Source: Hydrolagus colliei
Taxonomy: Eukaryota
Reading direction: 5' to 3'
Assembly (NCBI GenBank): GCA_035084275.1
Contig: CM068743.1
Coordinates: 136,152,001 to 136,216,000, forward strand
DNA: 64,000 bases
A model generated the notes under the pieces. That model worked only from the letters and a program-made list of their open reading frames with translations, made no database searches and was not told the DNA's origin. Shown here piece by piece: positions 25,641 to 37,887 of the stretch. Both the position numbers and the translations under genes were made by a program. How positions within the stretch are numbered: position 1 is the first letter of the stretch; every line of letters begins with the position of its first letter.

Positions 25641-27921
25641 GTGAGCTAGGTAGCAGAGCATTGTGTACTTTGTGGTTGAAAATGGTGGTAAGTTTGCACA
25701 CAGTAATGTTCCCATAATACTGAAGCCACAACATGAATGAGTGATTTTATCTGGTTGACTGTTGCTCAGGAAACTAGGAGAAATCCCTTCCTCCCTGTCC
25801 TAACACCAATCCTCCAGATAAACAAAGACTGATTATTCAACTGATCATGGTGGTTTGCAGGACATTGATGTACAATAGAAGCATTTGTTATAATATAATA
25901 AGCCTTGCATTTTTTATGGCACCTTTTACGTTGGAAGGACGCCTCAAAGAGCTTCAAAAGATTTACCATGAAATAGAAAGATTGTATTGATATGCAAACA
26001 CAACAGCCAATTGGATTAGAGCAATGTTCCACAAACAGTCATTGAAACAAATGACCAATTTTATTTGAGGGATTGTTGGCCAGGACACCGGGAGAAACAG
26101 AGTTACTTCATATCCTAACACGTCTACTAAACCAGTTGTCAACTTGACTACAGTTACTAACTACATCCTGCACCTATGATTCAGATTTTATGGGTTCAAA
26201 CTGCCGAGTGACTGAATTCACATTGCAGTGAGGGCTAGGGATGGACTGTGTTGTTACAAGCGTCAACTTTCAGATAAGACAGGAAGTTGAGGTTCTGTCC
26301 GGCTAGTAAGGTGCACATTAAGGATCCCAACACACAGAGTTTCTCCCAGTGTCCTGGTCAGATAAAAAAACAAAAACAGTACATTGTGTGAAAATTGTTT
26401 GACACATTTTCCACAACCATACACAGTCACCACATTTTACAGAAAACGCTGCTGAACCTGTTGACTGAATAAGGTGAATACCAAATGCAAGGATAATTAT
26501 CATTATGCACAGATTATACACAAAAATACAAAATTTACAGACTGTCAATATCTGTATTCCAGGAGTTCAAATTTTAATTGTGAAAAATGCAATCTTAAAT
26601 ATTGCAGTTTGTACAAATAACCTTTTTTTTCCCAAATGAAACTGCTCTTTTCCACACAATAAACAGAGGGGGAGACTATCAACTATCTCCTCCACCTCAT
26701 ACAAAACCATTGAATCCCGTGACAGCAGATTTTAAGTGAACACAGTTTTATTTTTGTGTCCTCCCCTGCAAAGACTATTTTTTATTTCACACAAACATGC
26801 CATTTTTTTTTTACTTAAAAAAGGCCTCTCTCACCCCAGCCTTGTATATGTTCTCTCCTCAACTCATTGCAACGTATATTCACATCAGCCTCAGTTCATC
26901 TGCCATGGATCTCTTTTTCACAGCACGCCACTGTAAACTACGTTATAGGAAAGTTACCAGAGAAACTATCAGCAAATCAGAACAGCTTATCTCCACCAGG
27001 AAGCTGCCTTACAGAACTGGACCGGAGGCCACTCACAAGGAATATCATACTTGCACAATTCACAGACCCAACCCTGGAGAGGTGACACGTTCACATGTAA
27101 TCATGTGAAAAAACAAGCATTAAACTAGGCTGCCACTTAAAATCATAGGTTGCCTCAGGATCCGTGCTGTCAAGGTGCCAAAATAGAGAACCCATCTTCT
27201 TATGTACAGTGATTCTCAATAGGGTCAGGGCCTAGTCATCAGCAGATACATTTCCAAGCACCCGGTGCTCGTCCCTCGATTTGTTTCCTCTTCGGAATTG
27301 CTCCTGTCACTGTTACTCCGAGGAAAATCTGTCATAATCCCACGAGTGGTTGCAGTATGAAATAGAATACAAAATCTAGTCAGGATTTGGCAGGTGATTT
27401 GGCAGATGTTCTCAGGGCTGATATACTAAGGTACCTCAGGTGAGATTCAAACAAGAAAAGCACAATTTCAACAAAACCTGGAGGGCATTCTCAAAGTAAT
27501 CATGTATCTCTGCATTGCTCTTAGCCATGTGTGTGGTGGTTAGCCTCGGAGGTCACAAACCAACTTTTTAGACATAGCTGCAGTCAAGTGCTAACAGAAT
27601 ATTCTAAGTGAGTTCACTAAGCATCTAGACACGAGTCATCTTGTGTAATGTGTATGAGAATGATTGGAAAAACCATGTTATTCTGCCGCTTTGAATTCAA
27701 ATGGGGAGAGGACAGAATTCCATGTATCAGAGAGGCACGAGCTGCAGATGTGCACACCTGAGGCAGTGTCAGACTGACTCCCCAAAAAGGCTTGGGATTC
27801 TCATGTAAAATGGAGGTTCTGTGGCAACAAATAGCAAATAACATTTGGAGATCTTGGGTTTTATTTTAATTTTATAACTTTTTTCATTATTATTATAAAT
27901 TAATAAGTATGTTCTGTGAAG

Positions 27922-29035
27922 TAGGGTCCGTCGATATGGAAATTTTCCAATTTAGATATATCGATGGGCTCATATCAAAATATACCGAAATATTGATATT
28001 TTCGGGTTTTTCGCACTGCGCATGCCCACGCGGTGCGCACATTCGGAGTGCGCGCGCATTCGGGGCCTATCTCCTCAGGAGGTAAATATCTTTCTCTCTC
28101 TGTGTCTCTCACTCTCTCCATCTCTGCATTTTTCTGTCTGTGTCTCTGTGTCTCTCCTCTCTCACATCCGCCCCATCTCTATCTATCTGTATATAATCAC
28201 ATCCACCCCGTCTCTCCCCCCCCACCACTCCCCCGCCACCGTCCCTCTCTCCTCCCCCCCAGCCGTCTCTCTCTCACACCCCCCAGCCATCTCTCTCCCC
28301 CTCCCCCAACTGTCTCTCTCCCCCTCCCCCAGCCGTCTCTCTCCCCCTCCACTCCCCAAGCCATATCTCTCCCCCTCCCCCCACCCCCGCTGTCTCTCTC
28401 TCCCACCCCCCCCCAGCTGTCTCTCTCCCCCTCCCCCCCCAGCCATCTCTCTCCCCCTCACCCCCCCAGCCATCTCTCTCCCCGTCCCCCCCACCAGCCG
28501 TCTCTCTCCCCCTCCCCCCTCAGCCATCTCTCTCCCCCTCCCCCACCCCAGCCGTCTCTCTCCCCCCCACCCCAGCCGCCTCTCTTCCCCTCACCCCCCC
28601 TCAGCCATCTCTCCCCCCCTCCCCCCACCCCAGCCTTCTCTCCCCCCCAAGCCATCTCTCTCCCACTCCCCCCACCCCCAGCCATCTCTCTCCCCCTCCC
28701 ACCTCCCCAGCCGTCTCTCTCCCCCTCCCCCCCACACCCCCCAGCCATCTCTCTCTCCCTCCCCACCCCCCCTCAACCATCTCTCTCCCCCTCCACCCCT
28801 TGCATACCTGTATATTGTATTTGAGGACTATGAATACAATATGGCGGCTTTGCACCTCGGTCTGTGCATTGTGTATAGAGATGAGCATTCTGGGTCTTGT
28901 AGTTCAGTGTGCACGAATTCCGATTTTTTCCCTCGTTATATAGATTTTTCGATATATCGATATTTTTGAAATGCCTATATCGGCGTATCAATATGAAAAT
29001 TATATCGGGTTTTAGCGATATATCGCCGGACCCTA
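27922..29035. mobile_element. Non-autonomous hAT transposon (1114 bp) with intact ends
   Basis: TIRs TAGGGTCCGTCGATAT and ATATCGCCGGACCCTA (15/16). Exact 8-bp TSD ctgtgaag at 27914-27921 and 29036-29043. Repeated subterminal CGATAT/ATATCG motifs and CpG-rich ends. Confidence 0.93.
28200..28800. repeat. Polypyrimidine minisatellite inside the hAT element
   Basis: About 20 degenerate units of ccccagcc(a/g)tctctctccccctc. This explains the Pro/Ser- and Gly-rich spurious ORFs. Confidence 0.93.
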
Positions 29036-29228
29036 CTGTGAAGCGCTTTGAGATGTCCAGAAGATGTGAGAAGCGCTATATCAAATACGAGGATTATTAT
29101 TATTATTGTTTATTATTAGAGTGGATGGATGCAGATTGAACCGGAGACCCTCCCAGTTGTGTGGTTCAGATGCTCACTGAATACACTGATCTATCAGGTT
29201 CACACATTGAGATCAAAACGGATATCAC

Positions 29229-29465
29229 TGGGAACACTCAGCAGGTCAGGCAGCATCTATGGGGAAAGGAAAGTGAGTCAACGATTCAGGTCCATAGCCT
29301 TATGTCAGAACTGATAAAGTATCTGGCGCTGTCTGAGGTAGGGTCGTGGACCTGAAACATTGATTCACTTTCCTTTCTTCATAGATGCTGCCTGACCTGC
29401 TGAGTGAACCCTGCAATTTCTGTTTTTGTTTCAGATTTCCAACATCTGCAGTATTTTGCGTTTTT
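29229..29465. mobile_element. Palindromic Penelope-like (PLE) pseudo-LTR derivative with degenerate hammerhead cores
   Basis: Arms cactcagcaggtcaggcagcatctatg...aaaggaaagtga.tcaa...tcaggtcc and ggacctga..cattgattcactttccttt..catagatgctgcctgacctgctgagtg are reverse complements, followed by tttcagatttccaacatctgcagtattttg. Confidence 0.72.
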
Positions 29466-29990
29466 GTCACATATTGAGATTTTTTTACACTCATCTTTCT
29501 GCTAATAATAATAATCTTTGTATTTGATATAGTTCCTTATCACATAATCAAAACATGTGTTTTGATTATTAAATCACAGGATTTTCCTGCAAAGTATAGT
29601 TACTGTGAATTTGTAGCTAAATTCAAACAGCAATGTCCCCCAAATGGTCATGAACAATGAATATTTTTATTTGGAGGACAATTAGTCAATACAACAACAA
29701 CAAAATTACACTTGTATAGTACCTTTCAGGTCAGGAGGACGTCCCAAGGAGCTGGACACCAGGAGAAACTCCCTTTTCTTTTTCATGGGATATTCAGCGT
29801 ATTCTTGAACTATGATTTAATCTCCTTTACTTTAAGAGAAGACAAGACAGTGAGAATAAATCTTCTCGTGATCATTAAAGTTTCCCGTTTTCTACCAGTC
29901 AAAAACTAGAATTGTTTGTTGAATTTCTATCAGCCTTCACTTCACACCTTGTTTTCATTTTTATTAGGAGAGACTGGGGAGCTTTTTATT

Positions 29991-30013
29991 GGGGGGGGGG
30001 GGGGGGGGGGGGG
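29991..30013. repeat. Poly-G tract (23 nt)
   Basis: Uninterrupted G run. Confidence 0.95.
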
Positions 30014-31858
30014 ATTATATGTTTAAAATTCCACATAATCTTAACCTTTTAAACTAGTTTTTCTCAAATTTTAATTATGAAAAATGCAGTCTGAATTGCA
30101 GTTTGTAAAAATAACCATTTTTTTTCCAAATTAAACTGAATGTGTGATCGTCCTACAATTGTCCACAATCATAAATGTTAATATAAAATGGTCTTACAGG
30201 AGATTTGTGGTATAGAAGCTTGATAAGGTAATATTGTCATGGGAAGGGGAAAAGAAAGTTTTCTCTATTCAGTGCATAGATAGAGCTATTGCTAACAGAC
30301 TGGGAGCTCACTGGTTTGAAAAACAGTCTATGCTGATCTCAGCACAGAGCTGCAGAGAAGGCTAAATTGGCCCCAGCCTTCCTAAAATCTCCTATCAGCA
30401 ATTTATGTGCGTGTGTGAGTGTACCAGGTAAGGAGATGTCAAAATCAGTTCTGACACCCACAACAGTCAAATGATCCGCTCACACTCACGCCAGGAGAAA
30501 TTTAGAAAAAAATAAACTGGAAAAATAAATTTAAAAGTAACAAAAACCTTAAAAGAAAATTTAATCCGCAAATTGTTTTTCTTGCTCCTTTGAAAAGTGT
30601 TCTTGATCAAGCTCAGCTGTTGTTCTCCATCAGCAGCAGCGTAAAATCCCACAGTTTCAGTGAAGTGGGAAGTCAGAAGTCACAAACATCCAGGCGGAAG
30701 AATTTATAAAAGAATGTGTGAATTTGTCAGCCTCAGCGAAAGGGTTCATACTGAGCAGTGTAGTGATCACAGAGATTGGGGAAGTTGATTGCTCCTGATC
30801 TCAGGACCATGTCAATCAATCTCTTCCTGTAACAATGCAAGCTTCAGTTGAATGTATCCATCCCCACGGGCTCTGTGCGAGCTCCTGCCGGAGATTTCAC
30901 CGCTGTTTGTTAGACTGAGGCATTCAATTATATTCACCAGTTAACTGAGCTAACGGAGGTGGTTACCATGCTTCATATCATCTCGGCTCAGTTAGCAGCA
31001 CGCTCAGCAACGACTGGAAAGGCTGAGGGCTGCAGTGTCATGTTGAGATATTGTTCACATAGTCTAGGCTAACACTGTAACACAGTCCGGTGGGAGGGGT
31101 TTGCGAATGCTGCAGTCCTTCAGATAGATGGTAATTCACTGATGCGTTTTAACCGCGCATAATCTTCTCATAATGTTTTTGTCTCCCAAATTACATAACA
31201 CTGTTCAAAACAATCAGGGAGATTGTCCCAGTTTCCCAGCCGTTAACACCCCAAGTAAGACTTTTGATTGAGCCTTTTGATGGGCCTGCTCATGGAACAT
31301 TGCAGCTTGCAAACTAGCAGCCAGGACCTGCCTACACAATAAAGTTATGACGCTTTACAGTAAATCCTGGGATACTCTTTAAGACGTTCTCCCAACACTA
31401 AAGGTGTGTTATCAAAGACAAGGTTTGTTTTGAACCGTAGTTCGCGCAAACGCTACACTAGCCGAACTACAGGAAATCCCATAGCGGAAATTTGCATCTG
31501 AATTAACGTCATTTAAATAGTCCTTTGACCCATTGACCCGCGTGGCATTGCACTACTTCCTATCTCAAATGAATGTTTTCTGCAGCTTTCTACCAATTAA
31601 AAAAATCCCTTTAAAAAGTGACGTTTTTCAATGTAAATATCCTGGATTGCCACGTGTTTCAGTTCCATTTCCTGTGAGTAACACTGATTTCTGAGACTCG
31701 GTGACTCTGTGAGCATGTTTTTTGTACATTTTGGAGGCATTTTTTCGTGGAAAGTGAGCCAAATTGACAGCACAGAACATTTACATTGTCTTTTCTGTGA
31801 CTGAGTTATTGATACTAAGTGATAGTGAGGACTGGAAGCCATACAGCCAATTTGAATA

Positions 31859-32740
31859 ATGAATTCATCATCAGACTATGACTCCTCTGATTCCGACTCT
31901 GATAATATTCCATTGAATGTGGTTCGAAAAATTCATCGCAGGAATGAGAAAATTGCCCACAAACTCAACGCAGGTGGGAATATTGACATATTTGCGAGTG
32001 AAGGAAGTGAAGTGGAGAACAGTGATATTGATGGCTCAGATTTTGTTCCACATATTGACGATGGTCGTGTTTGTGGTGCTAGTGGTAGTTACTGTTCTCA
32101 AATGAATTTCTTCAACGGGATTGTGCGGCTGACAAACCTAAATTATGACCAAAAGAAAAGCAAATCTCCCACCAAACACAAAGTGAAATGGGACCCACTC
32201 ACCCGCGATGAGTTGAAAAGTTGGTTTGGTGTAATAATTGGAATGGGACTCTTGCAGCTGAAAGGTCAACACAAACTAACTCATACTGATGGGTTAACGG
32301 AAATATTTCCCGGCGACCGATGTTTCCAAATCCTTCGGTACATCTACTTTGTAGATGAGGAGATCGCAGTGGCCCTCTTCACATCCCTGTCTGCAGGTGG
32401 TTTTATGGCAGTTGGAACTCTTCGTGAAAATCGCAAAGATTTGCCAGGAGAAACAGTTGGCAAGAAGCGTCCACAAGTCAAACAACATCGAAGAGGAGCT
32501 GCATTTTGGCGGCAGAGTCGTCGCCTCTTTTGTGTTAGTTGGAAGGACACCAAAGTTGTTTACATGTTATCAACTGTGCCTGTCAAGGAGGAAACAGGAC
32601 CTGTGTCCCTCAACACGCACCCTCATGGCCAGTGGGTGCGTGTTGAGGTGCAACGTCCAAATATTATTGCATTGTACAACAAACACATGGGGGTGTAGAC
32701 TTCGCTGACAAAAACATTGCCTGTTATGGGAGACAAATTA
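31859..32740 (+). pseudogene. piggyBac (PGBD4-like) transposase remnant, internally deleted; 279-aa ORF plus an out-of-frame GVD motif
   Basis: Acidic N-terminus; IVRLTN...W.PLTRDELKSWFGVIIGMGL; DRCFQILRYIYFVDE; GTLRENRKDLP; WKDTKVVYMLST; PNIIALYNKHMG then a shifted frame giving GVDFAD. The segment with the first two catalytic Asp appears absent. TIRs and TTAA not recognised. Confidence 0.88.
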
Positions 32741-33710
32741 TATTTTTTCAAATGCAACTTTTTTGTGATTGGGCATAACACATCAGTTTATACATCAAAA
32801 GAAAGATAATTTCATGATCTTTCCGATGATATATAATTTGCCTATCGTTTCTCTTTCCATTTCCAGTAAGAGGGAAGTGTTAGACTGAAGGTTGGCTGAG
32901 TGTGAATGCATGTTTTGTGCAGCTAGGCACACACTGTATTTACACAGAATAATGCATTGGGCTTGTATGGGATAACTAGGCCTATTATCAAATGTAAGGA
33001 TTATTTATTCCATCTGCAGACTTTATATGTATTTCCATTTAATTGTGTTGTACACAATGTACATTGCAACTACAGTGTGCAACTAATTTTTCCTTTCCCC
33101 TCTCTCACAAGACTGCAAATTTGCAGCATTAAGAAGCTAGGGGTTCTAAGCCCCTCCTAAATGTGAATGACTACAGGTTGAGCAAATGACTATAAGATGA
33201 GTAAACTTTCCCAGCCCTTTCTCTGCTACAATTCCTGCCGCAACTCCTACCTCAGTACAATCCCTGCCTCAAATTATATCTTAGCCTTAGCATCTCTCCC
33301 AGTCTTACTCCAGCAGTTCCCACTGCCCCAGATCAGCACTCACACACCTTCTCAGAACATAGGTTCTGGTTGTTTCAGAAGGTCCTTCAAACCAACAGCT
33401 GAGAACATCTGATTGACAACCAGCCAGTTTGAGAAAGCATGTCTGCCACATAGAAACCAGCCGAGTGACTGGATTTAACTTTCAATTAAGTTTCAATTAC
33501 TAAATTATCTGAATGCGTAAGGGATGTACAGACTGCTTCATTTTCAATGCATTTTAAAAGAAATACATTATTGTTTCAATTCCCACTGAGCAAACTGCAA
33601 GATTGTATAATTAATGTGTTAAATACTATCTCAAATTATATTAGCAATGTTTCTCTATATACAGTATATATATTTGAGACGTATGATCAGTGGCATATGA
33701 TGGAGTTGGT

Positions 33711-34342
33711 TGTGACTAGATTCGCAGAATAAACAAAAAACTGTTTATAAACAACAAACTGTTTTCAGTCCTTATCGGTTATTTTCTCATGGAAAAGAAA
33801 GCTGTGTGCATTTGTTTTTATGAAGAAACTGTCTTGCAAAAGGTAATAAATGAAAGGTCACCGAACAAACAGTATAAACAGAGATCGAATCGGAAGAAAG
33901 AATCAGGAGAAAGAATTGAATGGGAGGGATCGAATTGGATTTACCATTGATGATCAAATAGGACGTGCCATGATACTTGGATACGTTTGAATGATTGAAT
34001 TGAACATACAACAATACCTGGATACTTTCGGATGGTTGAACATACAATACCTGGATATTTTCAGGTATCAAACTAGAAATTATACTTGGATAGCTTTTGA
34101 TGGACTTATATTTGGATTAAAATGGACATTAAATTGGATATTGCTACTCTATCTCTTGGTTTGGTCAATTTAAATCATTGTGAACTATGCGTCAATATGT
34201 AAGCATTATTGCAATGTATTCTTTTAATTACTTCTAACTATTAATTACTAATCTGAATTAACAAGCAGGTATATTTGTATCAGTCCTTACTTCACTGCAG
34301 ATGCACAAATGCATATTAACCCTTACATTGGCGCCCAAACAG
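33711..34342 (+). mobile_element. Probable 5' LTR (TG...CA, about 617 bp) followed by a tRNA-Lys(UUU)-type primer-binding site
   Basis: ...ccttaCA (34327), t, TGGCGCCCAAACAG (34329-34342), which is 13/14 to the Lys3 PBS TGGCGCCCGAACAG. TATA-like gtataaacag near 33872. Internal ~33-nt duplication near 34000-34065. Left boundary (tgtgac) is a guess. Confidence 0.5.
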
Positions 34343-34624
34343 TTGAAGTGGGATAAATAAAAATATTTAAGATCCTTTAGAAATTAAGTACTGGTGACGA
34401 TGATTAACTTTTGTTCAGTGAGTTGGAGATTGATTGTTGGTGTATACTCATGTGGTGGAGTTAATTATGCTGAGCAAGACAGTTATACCGGCCGGCCAAT
34501 ATTATGTCCTATGTACAGTAATTGCATATATTATCAGATGTTATCTAATCTCATTCAGTGAATAACCATCCAAGGCTGCTTTTTGGGCTCCATCCTCTTA
34601 CAATCATAGAATCATAGAATCTTT

Positions 34625-34835
34625 CAAGTTTCCTTACTTCACACACCAAATCCCTCAAAAAAAATCGGCCATTTTCAATCAACGACTGTTTGTGGGGACA
34701 CTGCTGTACACAATCGGCTGCCGCGTTTCGCCCACAAATATAGTCAATTCACTTTACAGTACATTCTGTGAAGCGCTTTGAGACATCTAGAAGACATGAA
34801 AAGTGCTATATCATATGCAAAGATTCTTATTATTA
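34625..34835 (+). mobile_element. 5'-truncated tRNA/Deu SINE, preceded by an isolated minus-strand CR1 tail (catagaat)x2
   Basis: caagtttccttacttcacac...ctgtttgtggggacactgctgt...ctgtgaagcgctttgagac...gattcttattatt. Confidence 0.85.
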
Positions 34836-37800
34836 GACTTAATAAAAAATCAAATAGTTATATTATTGTCTATATTGCACAATCAATTGAACTGCACTAT
34901 AAAACTGTACATACTGCAGAGCAAGCTCCAGTTCCCTGTTAGTCTTCCTCTGCCTCTCTTGCCATTTCCCTTCAAATCATCTGCTGCTTCTCACTGCTTG
35001 TCCTACTGTTGTCCCCGTCAATCATTCTGGCTGATTGAGCCCTGGTCCTGTCCCTCCAATCTCACCCAAACACTCACCAGGCTTTGCTTCTCTATGTTTC
35101 TCCTATTCACCAGGAGACTAATGTTGCTCCCAAACACCAAATTTTAGATTAACTGTTAGATACACAATAACCAGCCCATTTTAATCAGTAGAGAGCATTC
35201 AAAGCCCATGCTGGTTGAAAATAAGTCAGATATCCCAAACACAGTGGAGTGGATACAGTATTAAGCTATGGAGATGGAAGGGTCCAAGGTTGATCTGAGT
35301 GAGTTGATCTCAGACAGAGCAGAGGTTGAAGCATTTCAATAGCCTTTGGTGCCTTTGTTGCCTTTGGTGAGGATTCTCACTCCTGATGGCTATCCAGGGG
35401 ACCCAGCTGGAAGGTGAAGGCATGAAGACATTGGATGAGGACAGGATCGGGTTTGATGATAATGCTTGCTGTGGTCCAGTAGCCTTTTGAATACACATTG
35501 CCCAAGCTGTCTAATGAATATCAAGCACTTGGCCAGAGTACCAGAGAACAGCTGTTGGCAGTGGAAACACACCCAGTGGATGAAAAGTAAAAATGCCTTC
35601 AGCAGCAGAGTTGGGGAGAAAAAATTGTCAGAGAGAAAAGCAATAAAATCTGTGGTGTAGCCTATAACCACAACATTCATTTGTTTATTTATCACTTCAA
35701 TGTACTTTTGATATACAGTATAATTTCACTCAACAAAGACAATTTCTGAAATGTATTTCAAAGCAATTTTCAATTAATATTGTGTGTAGACAATCAGGTA
35801 CTGCCCACATAGTTGACCAAAGAGTAAAATTAAAAAGCCTCCCCCTTCAACACAAGCTGCAGTAGTCTTCGTTCCCCGAAGAGCCACTGAACCACAGATA
35901 AGCTTGTTATCTTGTAACTCCATGTGCAACCTTCAATCCACTGTGTGACTATTAGTGCAAGAAGATCTAATTATTGTGTGAATACATTTGCAGCAAGCCG
36001 TGCATGTTGAAGGAGGAAAGTTAAAGAACCTCTGCGATTCAACTGTAGGTAAATTATTTTGTTTCTTTCCTTTAGACAAGCGTGGATAAAATGTGACTTG
36101 TCCTGGAACCTTGTAAAACTTTTCTGCAATAGCTCAACATTACCACATAGTGGTTTTGAAGACAGTGCAGGCCGGATATTCTTCTGAGGGCAGGCAAGCA
36201 ATCTGAAAGAGCGTTGAGAGAAGCAAATGAATCCACCACCAATGAAACATACAGTAATTTTGAAGAATTTCATAACAGACGCAATATAAAATTGTCATGT
36301 GTGAAGTTAGCAGTAAACATCAGCAGGCAATTAAACTGCAGAGAGCCTCTCAGCGGAGGACTAAAATTCTAGTCGTCGGAAACACAACTCACAACAAAGC
36401 TTACACGGCAGGCTAGACATGCATAGCTCACAACACAGCTCATACATTTAAATGTTATTTTATTGCATGGGCCAACCTTGGTTAAAAATGCGTACATCTT
36501 GTCTGATCAACATCATAGACATTTTGATAAGTTGACAGACAAAACAATTGACTATGGGAATCCATAGGGAATCCACATAGAGTTGGACAAATAACACAGT
36601 ACAATGCAAGTTATACATTTATATACCATTTTCATGGCAGAAGAATGTCTCAAAGTGCTTGTTGCTGTTGGTCTCTCGAGCTGGAGTAGAGAGCCAGATT
36701 GGGGAGGGTAGCAAGGTCAAAGAGGTACATATTCAGGTTGGCTATTATCAGTATTTGCTGCAACTAAAATAACTTTTTTTTTAAATGGCAAATCCATAGC
36801 TTTTAAAAAAAAGAATGGCAACATTTTATTCAGTTGGGGATGAAAAGTTGAGAGACCTAAAATGTTTCATCGCTTTAGCCTTCAGAGAATTGTTATAAAC
36901 TTTATGATGGTATAGAATTTTGGAGCAATCTTAAATTCAATTTGAAAGCTAAAGAGAACTATGAAAATCTACTTCCTCAAAAAGACTGAACTTGATAGTA
37001 AGTAAATGACATTTTAGCATTATCTGAATGTTTACGGCAATGTTGTTAAGAATAGAAAAACAAAAATGTTCAGAACTGAGGAAAGGAGCACATCTTCCCG
37101 CCAAACACACATGTCAACAACAACAACAACAACTTTGATTTATATAGCGCCCTCCACGCCAGACGGCGTCTCAGAGCGCTTTTGCTATCAGTATCAAAAT
37201 CTCCAGGCTTTAATGCATTGCTACAATCAATTATATATTTTTCACTACGCTAGAGTTCTCTAGAGAAAGGAAATAAGAGAAGCTGAAGGAGAAATGAATG
37301 CCACCTTGGACTATACCAGAAGTGATGGCTTCCAATCAAAGTATAGGTCCTGTATTTGGGTTTGGATTGGATCCCTTTCATTGTTTGGATGACAGCATTT
37401 TTGGCAATTTAAGGAAAGCATTTCAGACCAGTGAAGTCTTACACAATTAGTGCAATGATGCAATTCACCAGAGCTTCCACTGCCTGTAATTTCATCCTTA
37501 CACATGAGTTTGTATACGTTTAATGCAATCCACAAATTAGACTATGATTGTTGGGTCAATATAGAAAGTGCTTTCCTTTGCATGGAAGCCACATTGTATC
37601 TGGTCTGGGAGAATATACGGATGCAGAGCCATTCAATGGAGATTAAGGCATTGATTAGGCCACAGCTGGAATGTTTGTAGTTATAAAGCGCCTTCAAGCA
37701 GGATAGTGTGTTGGAGTGCTGACTCCATAAAAACTATCATAATACAGTATTACAATAGTACCATAAAAAGTACCATAGTATCATGGTTCAAAATACCATC

Positions 37801-37887
37801 TGGCCAGTAACTTGGAACCTTCTCCCGATGTAAAAGACGCTATACAAATGCAATTTTGTTGTTGTTGATATTCTTGTTGATATTTGT

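Noticed and set aside
26820-27850. Extension of the minus-strand coding fossil
   Set aside because: The best frame has about 12 stops in 260 codons, close to random expectation, and no recognisable motif.
28022-28969. 315-aa and 263-aa Pro/Ser-rich ORFs and antisense Gly-rich ORFs
   Set aside because: Artefacts of a stop-free C/T minisatellite inside a non-autonomous hAT.
30467-30652. 61-aa minus-strand ORF as a coding exon
   Set aside because: Non-ATG start, low-complexity Phe/Lys tail and no recognisable homology.
31436-31470. gtagttcg/cgaactac inverted repeat as a piggyBac terminus
   Set aside because: Only 8 bp, no TTAA TSD and no matching right end found after the ORF.
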